Source of the DNA: an uncultured Verrucomicrobiae bacterium
Lineage (GTDB): Bacteria > Verrucomicrobiota > Verrucomicrobiia > Limisphaerales > Palsa-1400
Assembly: GCA_963702845.1 (NCBI GenBank)
Contig: OY969763.1
Location: 1,120,001 to 1,184,000 of the forward strand
Reading direction: 5' to 3'
Length of the DNA stretch: 64,000 nt
The translations under genes and the position numbers were made by a program. The first letter of the stretch is position 1, and each line of letters starts with the position of its first letter. Below the pieces are notes generated by a model that saw nothing but the letters and a program-made list of their open reading frames with translations, was not told the origin of the DNA and searched no databases. This document shows positions 1 to 11,029 of this stretch, piece after piece.

Positions 1-784
1 CAAAGAGGAGCATGGGGAGCCAGACCGGATATGGTTGTCTCCAAAGGAGTGCCAGGAATCCTGCGATGATTAGTAACACTCCGATAATGGCTATAGCACG
101 GAGACCGACGATGACGAATGTTCGGGCCCGGCCGGTTTTGGCGAGCCATCCCAATAATGCGCCGAAGCAACCGACGAGCGGTCCGCCAATGACTCCGATC
201 CAGCGCCAGGTGTCCTCGCCCCACCAGCCGCGTTTTACGATGGCGCCCAGTTGGTTGGGCTCGAACACGACGAGTTTCAGTGGACCCACATACACGTTCC
301 CTTTGCCGGGCAAAACGATGTTTAATTCCAATCGTGTGGGAGCGCCACTGGCGCCATCGCTATTGAAGGGCACGGTAAATTTGCGCCAGTCGGAAGTTCC
401 GTTGATTCTGCCCAGTTCGCCGAATTGAGCCATGGTGCGGCTGAAGAATTTTCCTTCGGGCATGCCGGGTTTTAAGGGTGGGAAATAGTTCCACATTTCG
501 AGAAAGCCGTCGCCGCTTACGTTTTCGTATTTTATCTGGCCGGTAATGGCGTAGAGCTTTTTGGAAATTGGAGGGTTGGTGATTGTGAGCAAGCGCGTTT
601 CGAGGCCGGCGTCGGTGGCGGCGATTTGTAGAATTGATTTGCCGTCGGTGGTAACAACGCCGCCGCTAAAGGCGCCGGTGCCGGATTGCTGCATGACTTT
701 CCAATCGAGGTTAGCGACGGTTTCCTGGGCGGAGGCGGCAATGGCGAGGGTGAGCATGCCGGCTAAAGCTAAGTGAGTTTTCAT
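1..784 (-). CDS. Exported/membrane protein, 3' end outside the window (not in the ORF track)
   Basis: ATG at 784 overlaps the upstream gene's TGA (ATGA). Reads MKTHLALAGMLTLAIAASAQ (signal peptide), a soluble domain, then hydrophobic segments (WIGVIGGPLVGCFGALLGW, IAIIGVLLIIAGFLALLW). Open to the window edge. Confidence 0.75.
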   Translation of the reverse strand, partial: MKTHLALAGMLTLAIAASAQETVANLDWKVMQQSGTGAFSGGVVTTDGKSILQIAATDAGLETRLLTITNPPISKKLYAITGQIKYENVSGDGFLEMWNYFPPLKPGMPEGKFFSRTMAQFGELGRINGTSDWRKFTVPFNSDGASGAPTRLELNIVLPGKGNVYVGPLKLVVFEPNQLGAIVKRGWWGEDTWRWIGVIGGPLVGCFGALLGWLAKTGRARTFVIVGLRAIAIIGVLLIIAGFLALLWRQPYPVWLPMLLF

Positions 785-1107
785 ACGGATTTTTTCTTTT
801 GAAGTTGATAGGTAGCCAGGAGCTGTTTGAAAGCGCCTGCGTCGAGTTTGCCATCGGCGAATTGCGCACGCAGGAGGCGTTCGAAGTTGTCTTCGATTTT
901 TTGGCTGTCGAGGATTTTGATTTTTTCTATCAGTCGATCCAGGCGAAGGCGCAAGGTCGGATATGAAACGTTGTAAGCATCAGCCAAATCTTTCAGGGAG
1001 CCCGAAAGCAGGATGAACCGCTTGATAAACGCGAGGTCCTCGTCATCGAGTTGATCGAGCCACCGGGATGGTGGGCGGACTGCTTCATATTCGGGATGTG
1101 ATTGCAT
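781..1107 (-). CDS. DUF2089-family HTH protein
   Basis: FIKRFILLSGSLKDLADAYNVSYPTLRLRLD resembles the DUF2089 core. Likely start is MQSHPE at 1107. Confidence 0.8.
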   Translation of the reverse strand: MQSHPEYEAVRPPSRWLDQLDDEDLAFIKRFILLSGSLKDLADAYNVSYPTLRLRLDRLIEKIKILDSQKIEDNFERLLRAQFADGKLDAGAFKQLLATYQLQKKKSV

Positions 1108-1304
1108 CGACTTGAATATAATTAAAGTTAGTTTTCGTTTTATGCAATATAAAACTAAAGATAACATTAACTTTGTTGAAAAGCGCGCCCTCCTATCAAC
1201 GTGAAAAAGTGTTTCACAACGTGCGTCGCGTCAGGATGGATGGCGTTTCTTGACAGCAGGAAAAGCAGGCGCAATATCGCTGTGGAGACTGAAATCGTGA
1301 ACGG

Positions 1305-2033
1305 TTGGGAGGTATGATTCCTATTAAACACAATAGTGATAGTGACGGAGGCGCAGCATTCACATTGATCGAGCTTCTGGTGGTGATTGCAATTATCGCG
1401 ATCCTTGCGGCTTTGCTGCTACCGGTTCTTGCGAAGGCCAAGGAGAGGGGTGATCGCATTTCGTGCGTGAATAACTTGAAGCAACTGGCGCATGGAATCC
1501 AGATGTATGCCGATGATCATAACGATCGGTTGCCAGGACCTCTGTGGGCCGGTTTGTATGATACTTACGATGATCTTTACGATACGCGGCTTCCGTATTT
1601 CATAGCGCCTTACTTCGGGATGCCGTCGCCATCGTTCACGCCGAGGACTTTGCTGGTGGCGCGTTGTCCTTCGGCGGTAAAGCATTGGAAGGAGCCTGGA
1701 CCGAATACTCCTCTTAATAGTGTGGATCGTCCTTTGAGTTATCTGGTGACGCGCGGAGTGACGAATCAAGCGGGCGTGGTGACGTATCCTTTTGGTTATC
1801 CTTACGCGGGTGGCTTGCCCGGAGGAGTTGGTAATGTCGGAACGAACGAAGAACCGAAAAAAGTCCGAGAGCTCGTCAATCCTGCAATCACGTGGGCAAT
1901 CAATGACGCTGACCAGCAGAACGCAGTGGATTGGGCGCGGTTTTATCCGTTTCTTCCGCCAAAGCCGTCACACGGAAGTGTCCGCAATACTTTGTTTTTC
2001 GATTGGCATGTGGATGCCGTAAAGGTTCCGTAA
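1305..2033 (+). CDS. Prepilin-type N-terminal cleavage/methylation protein (DUF1559/H-X9-DG type)
   Basis: [23 protein letters not shown]...CVNNLKQ at the N-terminus and [14 protein letters not shown] at the C-terminus (DW in place of DG). Confidence 0.9.
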   Translation: MGGMIPIKHNSDSDGGAAFTLIELLVVIAIIAILAALLLPVLAKAKERGDRISCVNNLKQLAHGIQMYADDHNDRLPGPLWAGLYDTYDDLYDTRLPYFIAPYFGMPSPSFTPRTLLVARCPSAVKHWKEPGPNTPLNSVDRPLSYLVTRGVTNQAGVVTYPFGYPYAGGLPGGVGNVGTNEEPKKVRELVNPAITWAINDADQQNAVDWARFYPFLPPKPSHGSVRNTLFFDWHVDAVKVP

Positions 2034-2042
2034 TGCTATCGA

Positions 2043-2651
2043 GTGATTCGGTCGATAGAAACTCCTATCTTTTTCGGACAGTGGAGTTACAACGAGCTTA
2101 TGCATCAGGTGGACGCGCAGAAGATTTTCCAACTGCAACGGCCCGACCCCGCGTTGTGGAAATATTATGTGATTCGAGCAATTCTTTCCGGCCCGGCAAT
2201 CATCGTTGCGCTTCCCTACCTTTACTTCCGTTACCACACTTTGCACTACCGATTCGATGAGGAAGGGATTCACATGAAGGTGGGCATTCTTTTTCGGCGA
2301 GAGATCAATCTGACCTACGCGCGCATCCAGGATATTCACCTGCGATCAGGTTTGCTTCAGCGCTGGTTCGGGCTTGCCAATGTGGAAATCCAAACGGCTT
2401 CCGGCTCAGCCGGCGCGGAACTCACCGTCGAAGGATTCAAGGAATACGAGATGATCCGGGATTTTCTCTACACCCGGATGCGCGGATACAAAAGCGCCGT
2501 TGCTTCTGCGCCTCCGCTTGTCTCCGGCACTAATTCAACCGATGTGCAAAACTCCGACGCGGTCGCGCTGCTTTTGAGTATTCGCGATGAATTGCGCCGC
2601 ACGCGCGAGCTGGTCGAAGCTTCCAGGCAGAAGGGCGGCACAAATGTATAA
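2043..2651 (+). CDS. Membrane protein with bacterial PH domain (bPH_2, YdbS-like)
   Basis: TM segment followed by YRFDEEGIHMKVGILFRREINLTYARIQDI...LLQRWFGLANVEIQTASG. The start may be 2100. Confidence 0.85.
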   Translation: MIRSIETPIFFGQWSYNELMHQVDAQKIFQLQRPDPALWKYYVIRAILSGPAIIVALPYLYFRYHTLHYRFDEEGIHMKVGILFRREINLTYARIQDIHLRSGLLQRWFGLANVEIQTASGSAGAELTVEGFKEYEMIRDFLYTRMRGYKSAVASAPPLVSGTNSTDVQNSDAVALLLSIRDELRRTRELVEASRQKGGTNV

Positions 2652-3399
2652 AGCGTTTTGCGATCTCTGCGAACGATTGCTGCGGATTCCACCGCCGCCC
2701 GAGCATCCTCCGGGCGATGAGCATACAACGAAAATTTTTAGAGCCGCGCCGAACTATTTTAAATACCTGGTCGTGCTGTGGATGATTAGGACCGCTTTCT
2801 TTATATTCGTCGTCGGAATGGGCTTTCTCGGAATTACCGTCGCGACGTTCGTGTCCACAAAGCATGGCGGGCATGGCGGCCCGTTGGTTTATATTATCTT
2901 TAGCATCGAACTCGCAGTGTTAGTTCTATTTCTTTTGAGTCAGTTGCTAAGTCTTGCGATCGTGCGATTGGATTTCGAAAAGCGTTGGTATGTCGTCACA
3001 GACAAAAGTCTTCGCGTCCGCGAAGGCATTGTAAACGTGCAGGAAATGACGGTTACTTTCGCTAACATTCAAAACATCTCGATCTCGCAAGGCCCCATTC
3101 AACGTTGGCTCCAAATCGCCGACCTGAAGGTGGATACGGCAGGTGGTGGTTCAGTTCAACCGCAAGGCCAGCATCAAATGCGGAACCTGCACACTGCCTT
3201 TTTCCGCGGCGTGAACAATGCATTGGAAATTCGCGAGCTGATTCAATCGCGATTGCGACACCTCAAAGATTCTGGCCTCGGCGATCACGAGGAACTTAAG
3301 TCCGCAACGCCTGCGACCAGCGATTTATCCCTCGTTGCCGCCCTGCGAGAGGTTTACGATGAAACGCGAAAACTCAACGCGGCGCTCGGCACGATTTGA
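2644..3399 (+). CDS. Membrane protein with bacterial PH domain (bPH_2)
   Basis: Two TM helices then YVVTDKSLRVREGIVNVQEMTVTFANIQNISISQGPIQRW...VDTAGG. ATG at 2644 overlaps the previous gene. Confidence 0.85.
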   Translation: MYKAFCDLCERLLRIPPPPEHPPGDEHTTKIFRAAPNYFKYLVVLWMIRTAFFIFVVGMGFLGITVATFVSTKHGGHGGPLVYIIFSIELAVLVLFLLSQLLSLAIVRLDFEKRWYVVTDKSLRVREGIVNVQEMTVTFANIQNISISQGPIQRWLQIADLKVDTAGGGSVQPQGQHQMRNLHTAFFRGVNNALEIRELIQSRLRHLKDSGLGDHEELKSATPATSDLSLVAALREVYDETRKLNAALGTI

Positions 3400-3492
3400 C
3401 TTTGCTTGTCTATAAATTCCCACGCGAATAAGATGTCCTTGTGGACCGTCTGATATTGCAGCATTTGCTATTTCGCGGGACACTACTACTGC

Positions 3493-6252
3493 ATGAAGCT
3501 ACAGAGAACACTTTTGCCCATCTTGGGATTTGTATTCGCTTTCCTCGCTTCGTCTGTTCACGCCCCCGCTAAATTGCTGCCGCTCGAAGATCCGGCGGCG
3601 CGCAATCATTGGGCTTTCAAAGCGCCGGTGCGCCCGGCGTTGCCTGCGGTGAAAAATCAGAAATGGGTTCACAATCCGATTGATCGTTTTGTGCTGGCGC
3701 GCCTGGAACAGGAGAAGCTCGCGCCGTCGCCGCAAGCGGATCGGGTGACGCTGGTGCGGCGGTTGCATTTGGATATCACCGGACTGCCGCCAAGTTTGAA
3801 GGAGGTTGATGACTTTGTTGCGGATCGCAGTCCTGATGCGTACGAAAAGTTGGTGGAACGGTTGTTGGCGTCGCCGCATTACGGTGAACGTTGGGGACGG
3901 CATTGGTTGGATGCGGCGCGGTATGCAGATTCGAATGGGTTCGAGAAAGATTTGGCGCGATCGATTTGGCCGTATCGCGATTATGTGATTAATGCGTTTA
4001 ATCGCGATTTGCCGTTTGACCAGTTTGCCACGGAGCAACTCGCCGGGGATTTGTTGCCCAATCCGACCCTCGACCAGAAGGTCGCGACTGGATTCTTGCG
4101 CAACTCGATGATCAACGAAGAGGGCGGGGTGGATCCGGAACAGTTTCGGATCGAGGGAATCATTGATCGCATGGATGCGATGGGGAAGGCGTTTCTCGGT
4201 CTGACGGTCAATTGTTGCCAGTGTCACAATCACAAATACGACCCGATCGCGCAGAAGGAATATTATCAGTTGTTCGCGTTTCTAAACAACGACGACGAGC
4301 CGCAGATGGAGGTGCCGAGCGCGGAGCAGCAAAACGAGCGCGACGCGATTCTGAAAAAAATCGCGCAAATTGAAGATGAGTCGATGGCGAAATACCCGGA
4401 TGTCGCGCAAAAGATGGACGCGTGGGAAAAGGCGATGCGCGACGTGCCCGGTGAATGGGAGGTGCTTGATCCGGAGAAATATTTTGGGGCGGTCGGAACG
4501 AAGTTTGTGAAGCTGAAGGATAAATCGCTTTTGGCCGGGGCATCGAACCCGCCTATTTCGGAATACACGATTTCGGCGCGGACGCATTTGACGAATATCA
4601 CCGGGTTCAGGCTCGAGGCGTTGCGTGATCCGAACCTTCCGTCGTACGGGCCGGGCCGGGCCCCGAATGGCAATTTTGTCCTTTCAGAATTTCGGGTGGA
4701 TGCGGCGCCGGTTTCGGACACGACGAAGACGAATCGGATCGCGCTGCAGCATGCGACGGCTGATTTTTCGCAGGACAGTTTTCCGGTGACTGCGGCACTT
4801 GATGCTTCCGGAACAAACAAGGCTGGATGGGGAGCAGAAGATTTGCCGGGACGCCGGAATTTGAATCGGCGCGCGGTTTTCGAAACGAAACAACCGCTCG
4901 GCTTTGAAGGTGGGACGCAAATTACATTTACGTTACGGCAATCGTTCGGCGGCCAACACTGTATCGGGCGATTGCGTATGTCGGTGACCACGCGCAAAGG
5001 ACCGTTGCAAGCGGATCCTTTGTCGACGCATGCGCGCGAAATCCTTGACGTTCCCAAAGAGCATCGCACGAAGGAACAGCAGCGCGAATTGTTCAGTTTC
5101 TATCGCCGCACCGACGAACGTTTTGCTGATGCGATCAAGCGCATCGATGAGGCGCAGGCGAAATGGCCGGATGCGCCGAAGACGCTGGTCCTAATCGCGA
5201 AACAGGATGACCTGCGCGAGACGCACATCTTCAAACGAGGCGATTGGCGCAAGCCGGATGAATTGGTGACCCCGGGTGTTCCCGGCATTTTAAATCCGAT
5301 GGGTCCGAGCGAGCCGCGCAATCGGCTGGGGTTGGCGCATTGGTTGGTGGATCGCAAGCATCCGACGCTGGCGCGCGTGATTGTGAATCGGATGTGGCAG
5401 GAGTATTTCGGGCGCGGCCTTGTGCCGACGGCGGAAGATTTGGGCACGCAAGGTGAAAAGCCGAGCCATCCCGAATTGCTCGATTGGTTGGCGACGGAGT
5501 TCATGGACAGCGGCTGGAGCATGAAGCATATGCATCGGCTGATCGTTACATCAGCTACATACCGTCAGTCATCGGTAATATCGCCGAAAATGTGGGAACA
5601 CGATCAGTATAATCGAGTGTTGGCGCGCGGTCCTCGGGTGCGGGTGGATTCTGAGATTATCCGCGACATTGCGGTTTCTGCCGCTGGTTTGTTGGAGGAC
5701 AAGATTGGTGGTCCGAGTGTTTATCCGCCGATTCCCGACGGTGTGCTGGGCCTCGGATACGGTGCGCCGATGAAATGGGAAGTTTCCGGACGTTATCGTC
5801 GCGCGATGTACACGTTTTGGAAACGAACGGTGCCGTATCCATCGATGGTAGTTTTCGATTCGCCGACAGGCGATCAGGCGTGCCCGCGGCGGCTTCGCTC
5901 GAACACACCGTTGCAGGCGCTCACCACGTTGAATGACCCGGTTTTTGTCGACGCGGCGCAGGCATTGGCGATGCGCGTTTGGAAGGAGGGCGGCAAGACC
6001 GACGACGCCCGCGCAGATTATGCGTTCCGGCTTTGCACCGGACGCAAGCCGAGCCAAGGCGAAGAGAAAAATGTGTTGGAATTGTTGCACGACCAGACTG
6101 GTTATTTCGAGGACCGGACAATGAAGGCGGTTGAGGTCGCGTCTCGCGATCCGAAGAACCCGCCGGGCGATGTGAACTTGCATAAGGTGGCGGCGTGGAC
6201 GATGGTCGCGCGGGTGTTGCTCAATCTGGACGAGACCATCACGAAGGAATAA
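3493..6252 (+). CDS. DUF1549/DUF1553 (PSD1-type) secreted protein
   Basis: Signal peptide; [70 protein letters not shown]. Confidence 0.92.
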   Translation: MKLQRTLLPILGFVFAFLASSVHAPAKLLPLEDPAARNHWAFKAPVRPALPAVKNQKWVHNPIDRFVLARLEQEKLAPSPQADRVTLVRRLHLDITGLPPSLKEVDDFVADRSPDAYEKLVERLLASPHYGERWGRHWLDAARYADSNGFEKDLARSIWPYRDYVINAFNRDLPFDQFATEQLAGDLLPNPTLDQKVATGFLRNSMINEEGGVDPEQFRIEGIIDRMDAMGKAFLGLTVNCCQCHNHKYDPIAQKEYYQLFAFLNNDDEPQMEVPSAEQQNERDAILKKIAQIEDESMAKYPDVAQKMDAWEKAMRDVPGEWEVLDPEKYFGAVGTKFVKLKDKSLLAGASNPPISEYTISARTHLTNITGFRLEALRDPNLPSYGPGRAPNGNFVLSEFRVDAAPVSDTTKTNRIALQHATADFSQDSFPVTAALDASGTNKAGWGAEDLPGRRNLNRRAVFETKQPLGFEGGTQITFTLRQSFGGQHCIGRLRMSVTTRKGPLQADPLSTHAREILDVPKEHRTKEQQRELFSFYRRTDERFADAIKRIDEAQAKWPDAPKTLVLIAKQDDLRETHIFKRGDWRKPDELVTPGVPGILNPMGPSEPRNRLGLAHWLVDRKHPTLARVIVNRMWQEYFGRGLVPTAEDLGTQGEKPSHPELLDWLATEFMDSGWSMKHMHRLIVTSATYRQSSVISPKMWEHDQYNRVLARGPRVRVDSEIIRDIAVSAAGLLEDKIGGPSVYPPIPDGVLGLGYGAPMKWEVSGRYRRAMYTFWKRTVPYPSMVVFDSPTGDQACPRRLRSNTPLQALTTLNDPVFVDAAQALAMRVWKEGGKTDDARADYAFRLCTGRKPSQGEEKNVLELLHDQTGYFEDRTMKAVEVASRDPKNPPGDVNLHKVAAWTMVARVLLNLDETITKE

Positions 6253-6262
6253 TCTCCTCGAG

Positions 6263-8509
6263 TTGCACGCTAAATTCTTACGCGGTTTGTTGGTCTTGTT
6301 CTGCGCGATTTCTGCGCATGCCGCAAGCATTCCCGTCCTGGATAAAGTTGAGCCGCAGCCGCTGATTGCGCAGGTGCGGCGGATTGGCGAAGCGATGGAC
6401 ACGCTCGGTTCTCCTTTTGACGAAAAGACTACGGCTGCGTTGCTTGCGGCGATGAAAGCGCCCGATGCGAGCACCAGGATTCAAGAGTTACTCGATCGGC
6501 GTTGCCTTTTTTTCGTCGAGATAAATCCTGAATCACGCGTGAAGGTGACTGTCGGGCCAGCCAAACCGGAACTGGTGGAAGGTGGCTGGCGGCAGTTTTT
6601 AATTAAGGTGCGAAATGACGCGGGCGTCACAGCGCGGCTGAATGTCGAAAGTCCCAATGCAAAATGGCTGGCCAATTCGCCTAAAGACGATTTGCAAAAT
6701 CGATGGCTGGATTTACTCCTGGCTGAATCAACGCCGATGCAGAGCAACCTAAGCGGGCTCGGTTTGGAGTATCGAATTGTGTCGCTTTACAGTCGCGACG
6801 TCGGCAACCGAGAAGCGAAGTTTGCGTTCGATGTGGGCGAGGGGACGCAAGACCTCGGCTCGCGAAGCGTCGCGGATGTGTTGTTCAACTGTTTGCCGTC
6901 GCAACCAATCACGTTGCGCATCCTCGATGAGGTCAATCACCCGACGACGGGATGTTTTGTCATTCGCGATCAGGCGGGGCGCTTTTATCCATCGCAAGCA
7001 AAACGGCTCGCGCCGGATTTTGCATTTCAAAAACAAATCTATCGCACGAACGGTGAAGTGTTGAAATTGCCGGCGGGCGTGTACGCGGTGCAATTTTCGC
7101 GAGGGCCGGAATCGTTGGTGCAAGACACGATGCTCGTTGTCGAACAGCGTCCACAGACCGCAGCGTTTACGGTGAGACGGTGGATTGATCCGTCGTTGTA
7201 TGGTTGGATTTCGGGCGATCATCATATCCACGCCGCGGGCTGCGCGCATTATTCAAAGCCAACGGAAGGGGTATTTCCGGCTGACATGATGCGGCAATGT
7301 ATTGGTGAAGATTTGAAAGTCGGTTGCAATCTCACGTGGGGGCCGTGCTTTGATTTTCAAAAGCAATTTTTTTGCGGACGCGTCGACGACGTTTCCAAAT
7401 ACCCATACTTGTTGCGCTACGATATTGAGGTGTCCGGTTTTGGTTCGGATCGTTCAGGCCATCTCTGCTTGTTGCGGTTGAAGGACCAGCTGTATCCGGG
7501 ATGCACGTCGGATAAAGGTTGGCCGACGCTGGGGTTGAGCATTTTGAAATGGGCGAAGAAGCAAAATGCCGTTTGTGGTCCGGCGCATTCTGGTTATGGA
7601 CTCAAGGTCGAAGGTACGAACGTTCCGAGTCTCCAAGTTCCGGCGTACAACGGCGTTGGCGCCAATGAATTCATTGTTGATGTGACACATAATGTCCTGG
7701 ATGCGCGCGGGACGCTCGGGCCGGCCGTCGATTTTATTTCGTTGATGGACACGCCGTATCCGTGGGAGTTGACGATGTGGTATCACGCGCTGAATGCGGG
7801 TTTTCACACGCGTTGCAGTGGTGAGACGGATTTCCCGTGTATTTACGATGAACGCGTCGGGATGGGACGTTCCTACGTGAAACTGTTTGAGCGCGTGGAC
7901 TACGATCAGTGGTGCGACGGCATTCGCAATGGACGCTCATACGCCAGCGACGGGCGCAGTCACATCATGGATTTTGCGATCGAAGACCGGGGCGTTGGTG
8001 AGATGGATTATGAATTGCCGTTGAATAAGCCGGGGTCGGTCACGGTCACTGCGAAAATCGCTGCGTATTTACCGGCGGTCGCAAATGACAACTTGCGAGC
8101 GCTGCCCGTTGACAAGAAACCGTTCTGGCATTTGGAACGCGCGCGCATTGGGAACTCGCGCGAGGTGCCGTTGGAGTTTATCGTGAATGGAAAAGTTGTT
8201 GCGACCACAAACATGGTTGCCGACGGGGTCGTGCGTGAAATTTCGTATCCATTGCAAATCACCGAGAGTTGCTGGGTTGCTTTGCGGATTTTGCCGTCGT
8301 CACACAGCAATCCCATTTGGATTTCGGTTGGCGGGAAACCATTCGCACCGCGTCGCAGCAGTGTGGAATGGTGCGCAAAAGGAGTCGATCAATGTTGGTC
8401 GCAGAAGCAACAATTCATCAAAGCGGATGAGATGAATGACGCGACAGCAGCCTACGACCATGCGCGTCAGGTGTATCGTTCGTTGCTCGAAAAAGCCGCA
8501 GATCTGTAG
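6263..8509 (+). CDS. CehA/McbA-like (PHP-type) secreted metallohydrolase
   Basis: Signal peptide; GWISGDHHIH, SGETDFPC, GMGRSYV and HSNPIW motifs. Confidence 0.75.
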   Translation: MHAKFLRGLLVLFCAISAHAASIPVLDKVEPQPLIAQVRRIGEAMDTLGSPFDEKTTAALLAAMKAPDASTRIQELLDRRCLFFVEINPESRVKVTVGPAKPELVEGGWRQFLIKVRNDAGVTARLNVESPNAKWLANSPKDDLQNRWLDLLLAESTPMQSNLSGLGLEYRIVSLYSRDVGNREAKFAFDVGEGTQDLGSRSVADVLFNCLPSQPITLRILDEVNHPTTGCFVIRDQAGRFYPSQAKRLAPDFAFQKQIYRTNGEVLKLPAGVYAVQFSRGPESLVQDTMLVVEQRPQTAAFTVRRWIDPSLYGWISGDHHIHAAGCAHYSKPTEGVFPADMMRQCIGEDLKVGCNLTWGPCFDFQKQFFCGRVDDVSKYPYLLRYDIEVSGFGSDRSGHLCLLRLKDQLYPGCTSDKGWPTLGLSILKWAKKQNAVCGPAHSGYGLKVEGTNVPSLQVPAYNGVGANEFIVDVTHNVLDARGTLGPAVDFISLMDTPYPWELTMWYHALNAGFHTRCSGETDFPCIYDERVGMGRSYVKLFERVDYDQWCDGIRNGRSYASDGRSHIMDFAIEDRGVGEMDYELPLNKPGSVTVTAKIAAYLPAVANDNLRALPVDKKPFWHLERARIGNSREVPLEFIVNGKVVATTNMVADGVVREISYPLQITESCWVALRILPSSHSNPIWISVGGKPFAPRRSSVEWCAKGVDQCWSQKQQFIKADEMNDATAAYDHARQVYRSLLEKAADL

Positions 8510-8576
8510 TTCAACTTTTTTCAGTAACGCAAAGCTATTGACTGGTAATTCCCTGATATTAAGGCATCCTAATTGC

Positions 8577-8924
8577 ATGAAGTTCATTCTTTCCACCCAC
8601 AATCTGACACTCACCAAGGCGATCGAAGATCACTTGCTGTCACGGTTGGAGAAGATCGATCACATGGATAAATATGTGACAGCGGCGCGTGTCACTTTGG
8701 AAAACGATCACCTGAAGGTTGCTGAGCGCAAATTTTCGTGCTCGGTTCGTCTGTCTGTTCCTGGACCCGATATTTTTGCCGAAGATCGCGAGAGCGATCT
8801 GTATGCAGCGATTGATTTAGTTACGAAGAAACTCGAACAGCAATTGCGCAAGCGCCACAGCAAATTCAAAGCGCGCAATCACAGCACGCGCGGTAAAGAG
8901 CTGCGTCGCTCTTCGGGAGTTTAG
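8577..8924 (+). CDS. hpf: Ribosome hibernation promoting factor (HPF/RaiA)
   Basis: MKFILSTHNLTLTKAIEDHL...DLYAAIDLVTKKLEQQLRK. Start at ATG 8577. Confidence 0.9.
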   Translation: MKFILSTHNLTLTKAIEDHLLSRLEKIDHMDKYVTAARVTLENDHLKVAERKFSCSVRLSVPGPDIFAEDRESDLYAAIDLVTKKLEQQLRKRHSKFKARNHSTRGKELRRSSGV

Positions 8925-8984
8925 TCGCGGCAATTTTTCGACTGATGCGGATTTTGCGGATTTGTTTGATCCGTGAAATTCGCA

Positions 8985-10058
8985 TTATTTTTTCGAGCGA
9001 AGCTCTCCTTTGACCACTTCCCACTTTTGTAAATCGCGGCCCAGTTCATGCGGCCAATTTTCTTCCGTGCAGGTCATGAACACCTGGCTGCGCGCGTGTT
9101 GAGCGCGATTGAGCAACGGCAGGAACGCGGCACGACGGCGCGCATCCAGCTCGCCCATAATATCGTCGATTAGCAAAATCGGTGGTGCACCGTGAATGGT
9201 GGTGAGATGCTCGGCCTGGGTCATTTTTAATGCGATGGCAATAGAACGTTTCTGGCCTTCACTGGCGAATTTTGCGGCGGATTTGTTGTCGAGACGGAGT
9301 TGCAAATCGTCGCGATGCGGCCCGATCAGGGTGATGCGCATGGCGAGTTCGCGCTCGCGATTGGCGGCGAGTTCGGCGGCGAAATCACGTTTTATGGCTG
9401 AATCGTACACGACTTCCAGTTGCTCGGAGCCGCCCGAGATGCGCTCGTAGCATTGTCTGGCCAGAGGAGCAATTTGCGGGAGAAGTTCACGACGAAATCG
9501 GATCAATTGATTTCCGGTGTCGACCAATTCGCGAGTGAAGGCTTCGAGCGCTTTCTCGTTTCGCTGGCGCAACAGTGCGTTTCGCGAACGCAACGCCGCC
9601 GCGTAACGTTGCAGTAATGGGAGGTAGATGGGGTGCGTTTGCGCGAGGAGCAAATCGAGGAACCGCCGGCGAATACGGCTCGTGCCTTTGACCAGCTGTA
9701 AATCTTCAGTGCAAAAAACAACTGCGCGAACCAAACCAAAATAGTCGCTGAGCTTTCGGACCGGTTGGTTGTCTTTGGTTAGTCGACGTTCTGTGGAGGA
9801 CCAGAACAGTTTGATCTCGTGTTGTGTTTGTGACACGACGTGTGCTCCCACGAAATATCCCTTTTGCGCATGGCGCACCATCTGCGCGCTGCCGACCCCG
9901 CGAAACGAACGCAACGTCGCCAACAGATAAATTGCCTCGAGAATATTTGTTTTCCCTTGCGCGTTGTCGCCAAGGAGCAAGTGGAATCCAGGCGAAAAAT
10001 CTACGTCCATCCGCGCGTAGTTGCGGAAGTCGCGAAGCCTGAGGTGGGCCAAATGCAC
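8985..10058 (-). CDS. recF: DNA replication/repair protein RecF
   Basis: FRNY, GDNAQGKTN, GPHRDDL, SEGQKR and LLIDDIMGELD motifs. Confidence 0.97.
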   Translation of the reverse strand: MHLAHLRLRDFRNYARMDVDFSPGFHLLLGDNAQGKTNILEAIYLLATLRSFRGVGSAQMVRHAQKGYFVGAHVVSQTQHEIKLFWSSTERRLTKDNQPVRKLSDYFGLVRAVVFCTEDLQLVKGTSRIRRRFLDLLLAQTHPIYLPLLQRYAAALRSRNALLRQRNEKALEAFTRELVDTGNQLIRFRRELLPQIAPLARQCYERISGGSEQLEVVYDSAIKRDFAAELAANRERELAMRITLIGPHRDDLQLRLDNKSAAKFASEGQKRSIAIALKMTQAEHLTTIHGAPPILLIDDIMGELDARRRAAFLPLLNRAQHARSQVFMTCTEENWPHELGRDLQKWEVVKGELRSKK

Positions 10059-10062
10059 GGGA

Positions 10063-10149
10063 AAAGGCTAAAGGCTAAGTGCGGAAGGCTAAAGTTTAAA
10101 GCAACGGAGTCGTGGGTTTACTTTAGCGTCCTGCCTTTATACTTTAGCG
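10063..10149. repeat. Imperfect palindrome with 7-nt periodicity
   Basis: AAGGCTA AAGGCTA AGTGCGG AAGGCTA AAGTTTA ... CTTTAGC GTCCTGC CTTTATA CTTTAGC, between divergent recF and rfbA. Confidence 0.6.
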
Positions 10150-10153
10150 ATCC

Positions 10154-11023
10154 ATGAAAGGCATCATTCTCGCAGGCGGCGCCGGTTCGCGTTTGTTTCC
10201 GTTGACACTCGTCGCGAGTAAACAATTGCAACCGGTTTTCGACAAGCCGATGGTCTATTATCCGCTGACCACGCTGATTGAAAACGGCGTGCGCGAACTG
10301 TGCCTGATTTCCACGCCGCACGATCTGCCGCGATTCCGCCAATTGTTGGGGACCGGAAAATCGTGGGGGCTGTCGATCGATTACCGCGAGCAACCCAAAC
10401 CGGCCGGTATCGGCCAGGCGTTTCTGATTGCTGATTCATTTATCGGCAACGATGCGGTGACGTTGATTCTTGGCGACAATATTTTCTATGGCGCGGACAG
10501 CTTCAAGCGCGCATTCGCCGAATTTAAAACCGGCGCGACGATTTTTGGCTATCAGGTTCACGACCCGGAACGTTACGGTGTAGTGGAGTTCGACGACAAA
10601 GGGCAGGCTATTTCGATCGAAGAAAAACCTAAGATGCCGAAGAGTCATTACGCGGTGCCCGGCCTGTATATTTACGACAATGAGGTCCTGGACATTACGC
10701 GGAATCTCAAACCATCCGCTCGCGGCGAATTGGAAATTACCGACATCAACGTTGCCTATCTCAACCGTAAACAATTGCGCGTTCATCGACTGAGCCGTGG
10801 TTTTGCGTGGCTCGATGCCGGCACCAGCAGCAGCTTGCATGACGCTTCCGCTTACGTGCAGACGATTGAGAAACGGCAGGGGATTAAGATCGGTTGTCCG
10901 GAAGAAGCGGCATATCGGCAGGGCTTTATCAATTTGGAACAACTCGACGCGATAGCGACTCAAATGCCCAATTGCGAGTACCGCGATTACCTTTGCAGCA
11001 TCGTGAAAGAAGCGAAGCGCTAG
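10154..11023 (+). CDS. rfbA: Glucose-1-phosphate thymidylyltransferase
   Basis: MKGIILAGGAGSRLFPLT, SKQL, EEKP, SARGELEITD, WLDAGT. Confidence 0.97.
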   Translation: MKGIILAGGAGSRLFPLTLVASKQLQPVFDKPMVYYPLTTLIENGVRELCLISTPHDLPRFRQLLGTGKSWGLSIDYREQPKPAGIGQAFLIADSFIGNDAVTLILGDNIFYGADSFKRAFAEFKTGATIFGYQVHDPERYGVVEFDDKGQAISIEEKPKMPKSHYAVPGLYIYDNEVLDITRNLKPSARGELEITDINVAYLNRKQLRVHRLSRGFAWLDAGTSSSLHDASAYVQTIEKRQGIKIGCPEEAAYRQGFINLEQLDAIATQMPNCEYRDYLCSIVKEAKR

Positions 11024-11029
11024 GTTTTG

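Noticed and set aside
12..776. Short ORFs 12-428, 532-741 and 561-776
   Set aside because: They are shadows of the minus-strand gene starting at 784, which runs off the window.
8944..8984. Weak hairpin TGCGGATTTTGCGGAT...ATCCGTGAAATTCGCA between hpf and recF
   Set aside because: Possibly a terminator or degenerate repeat, but too imperfect to call.
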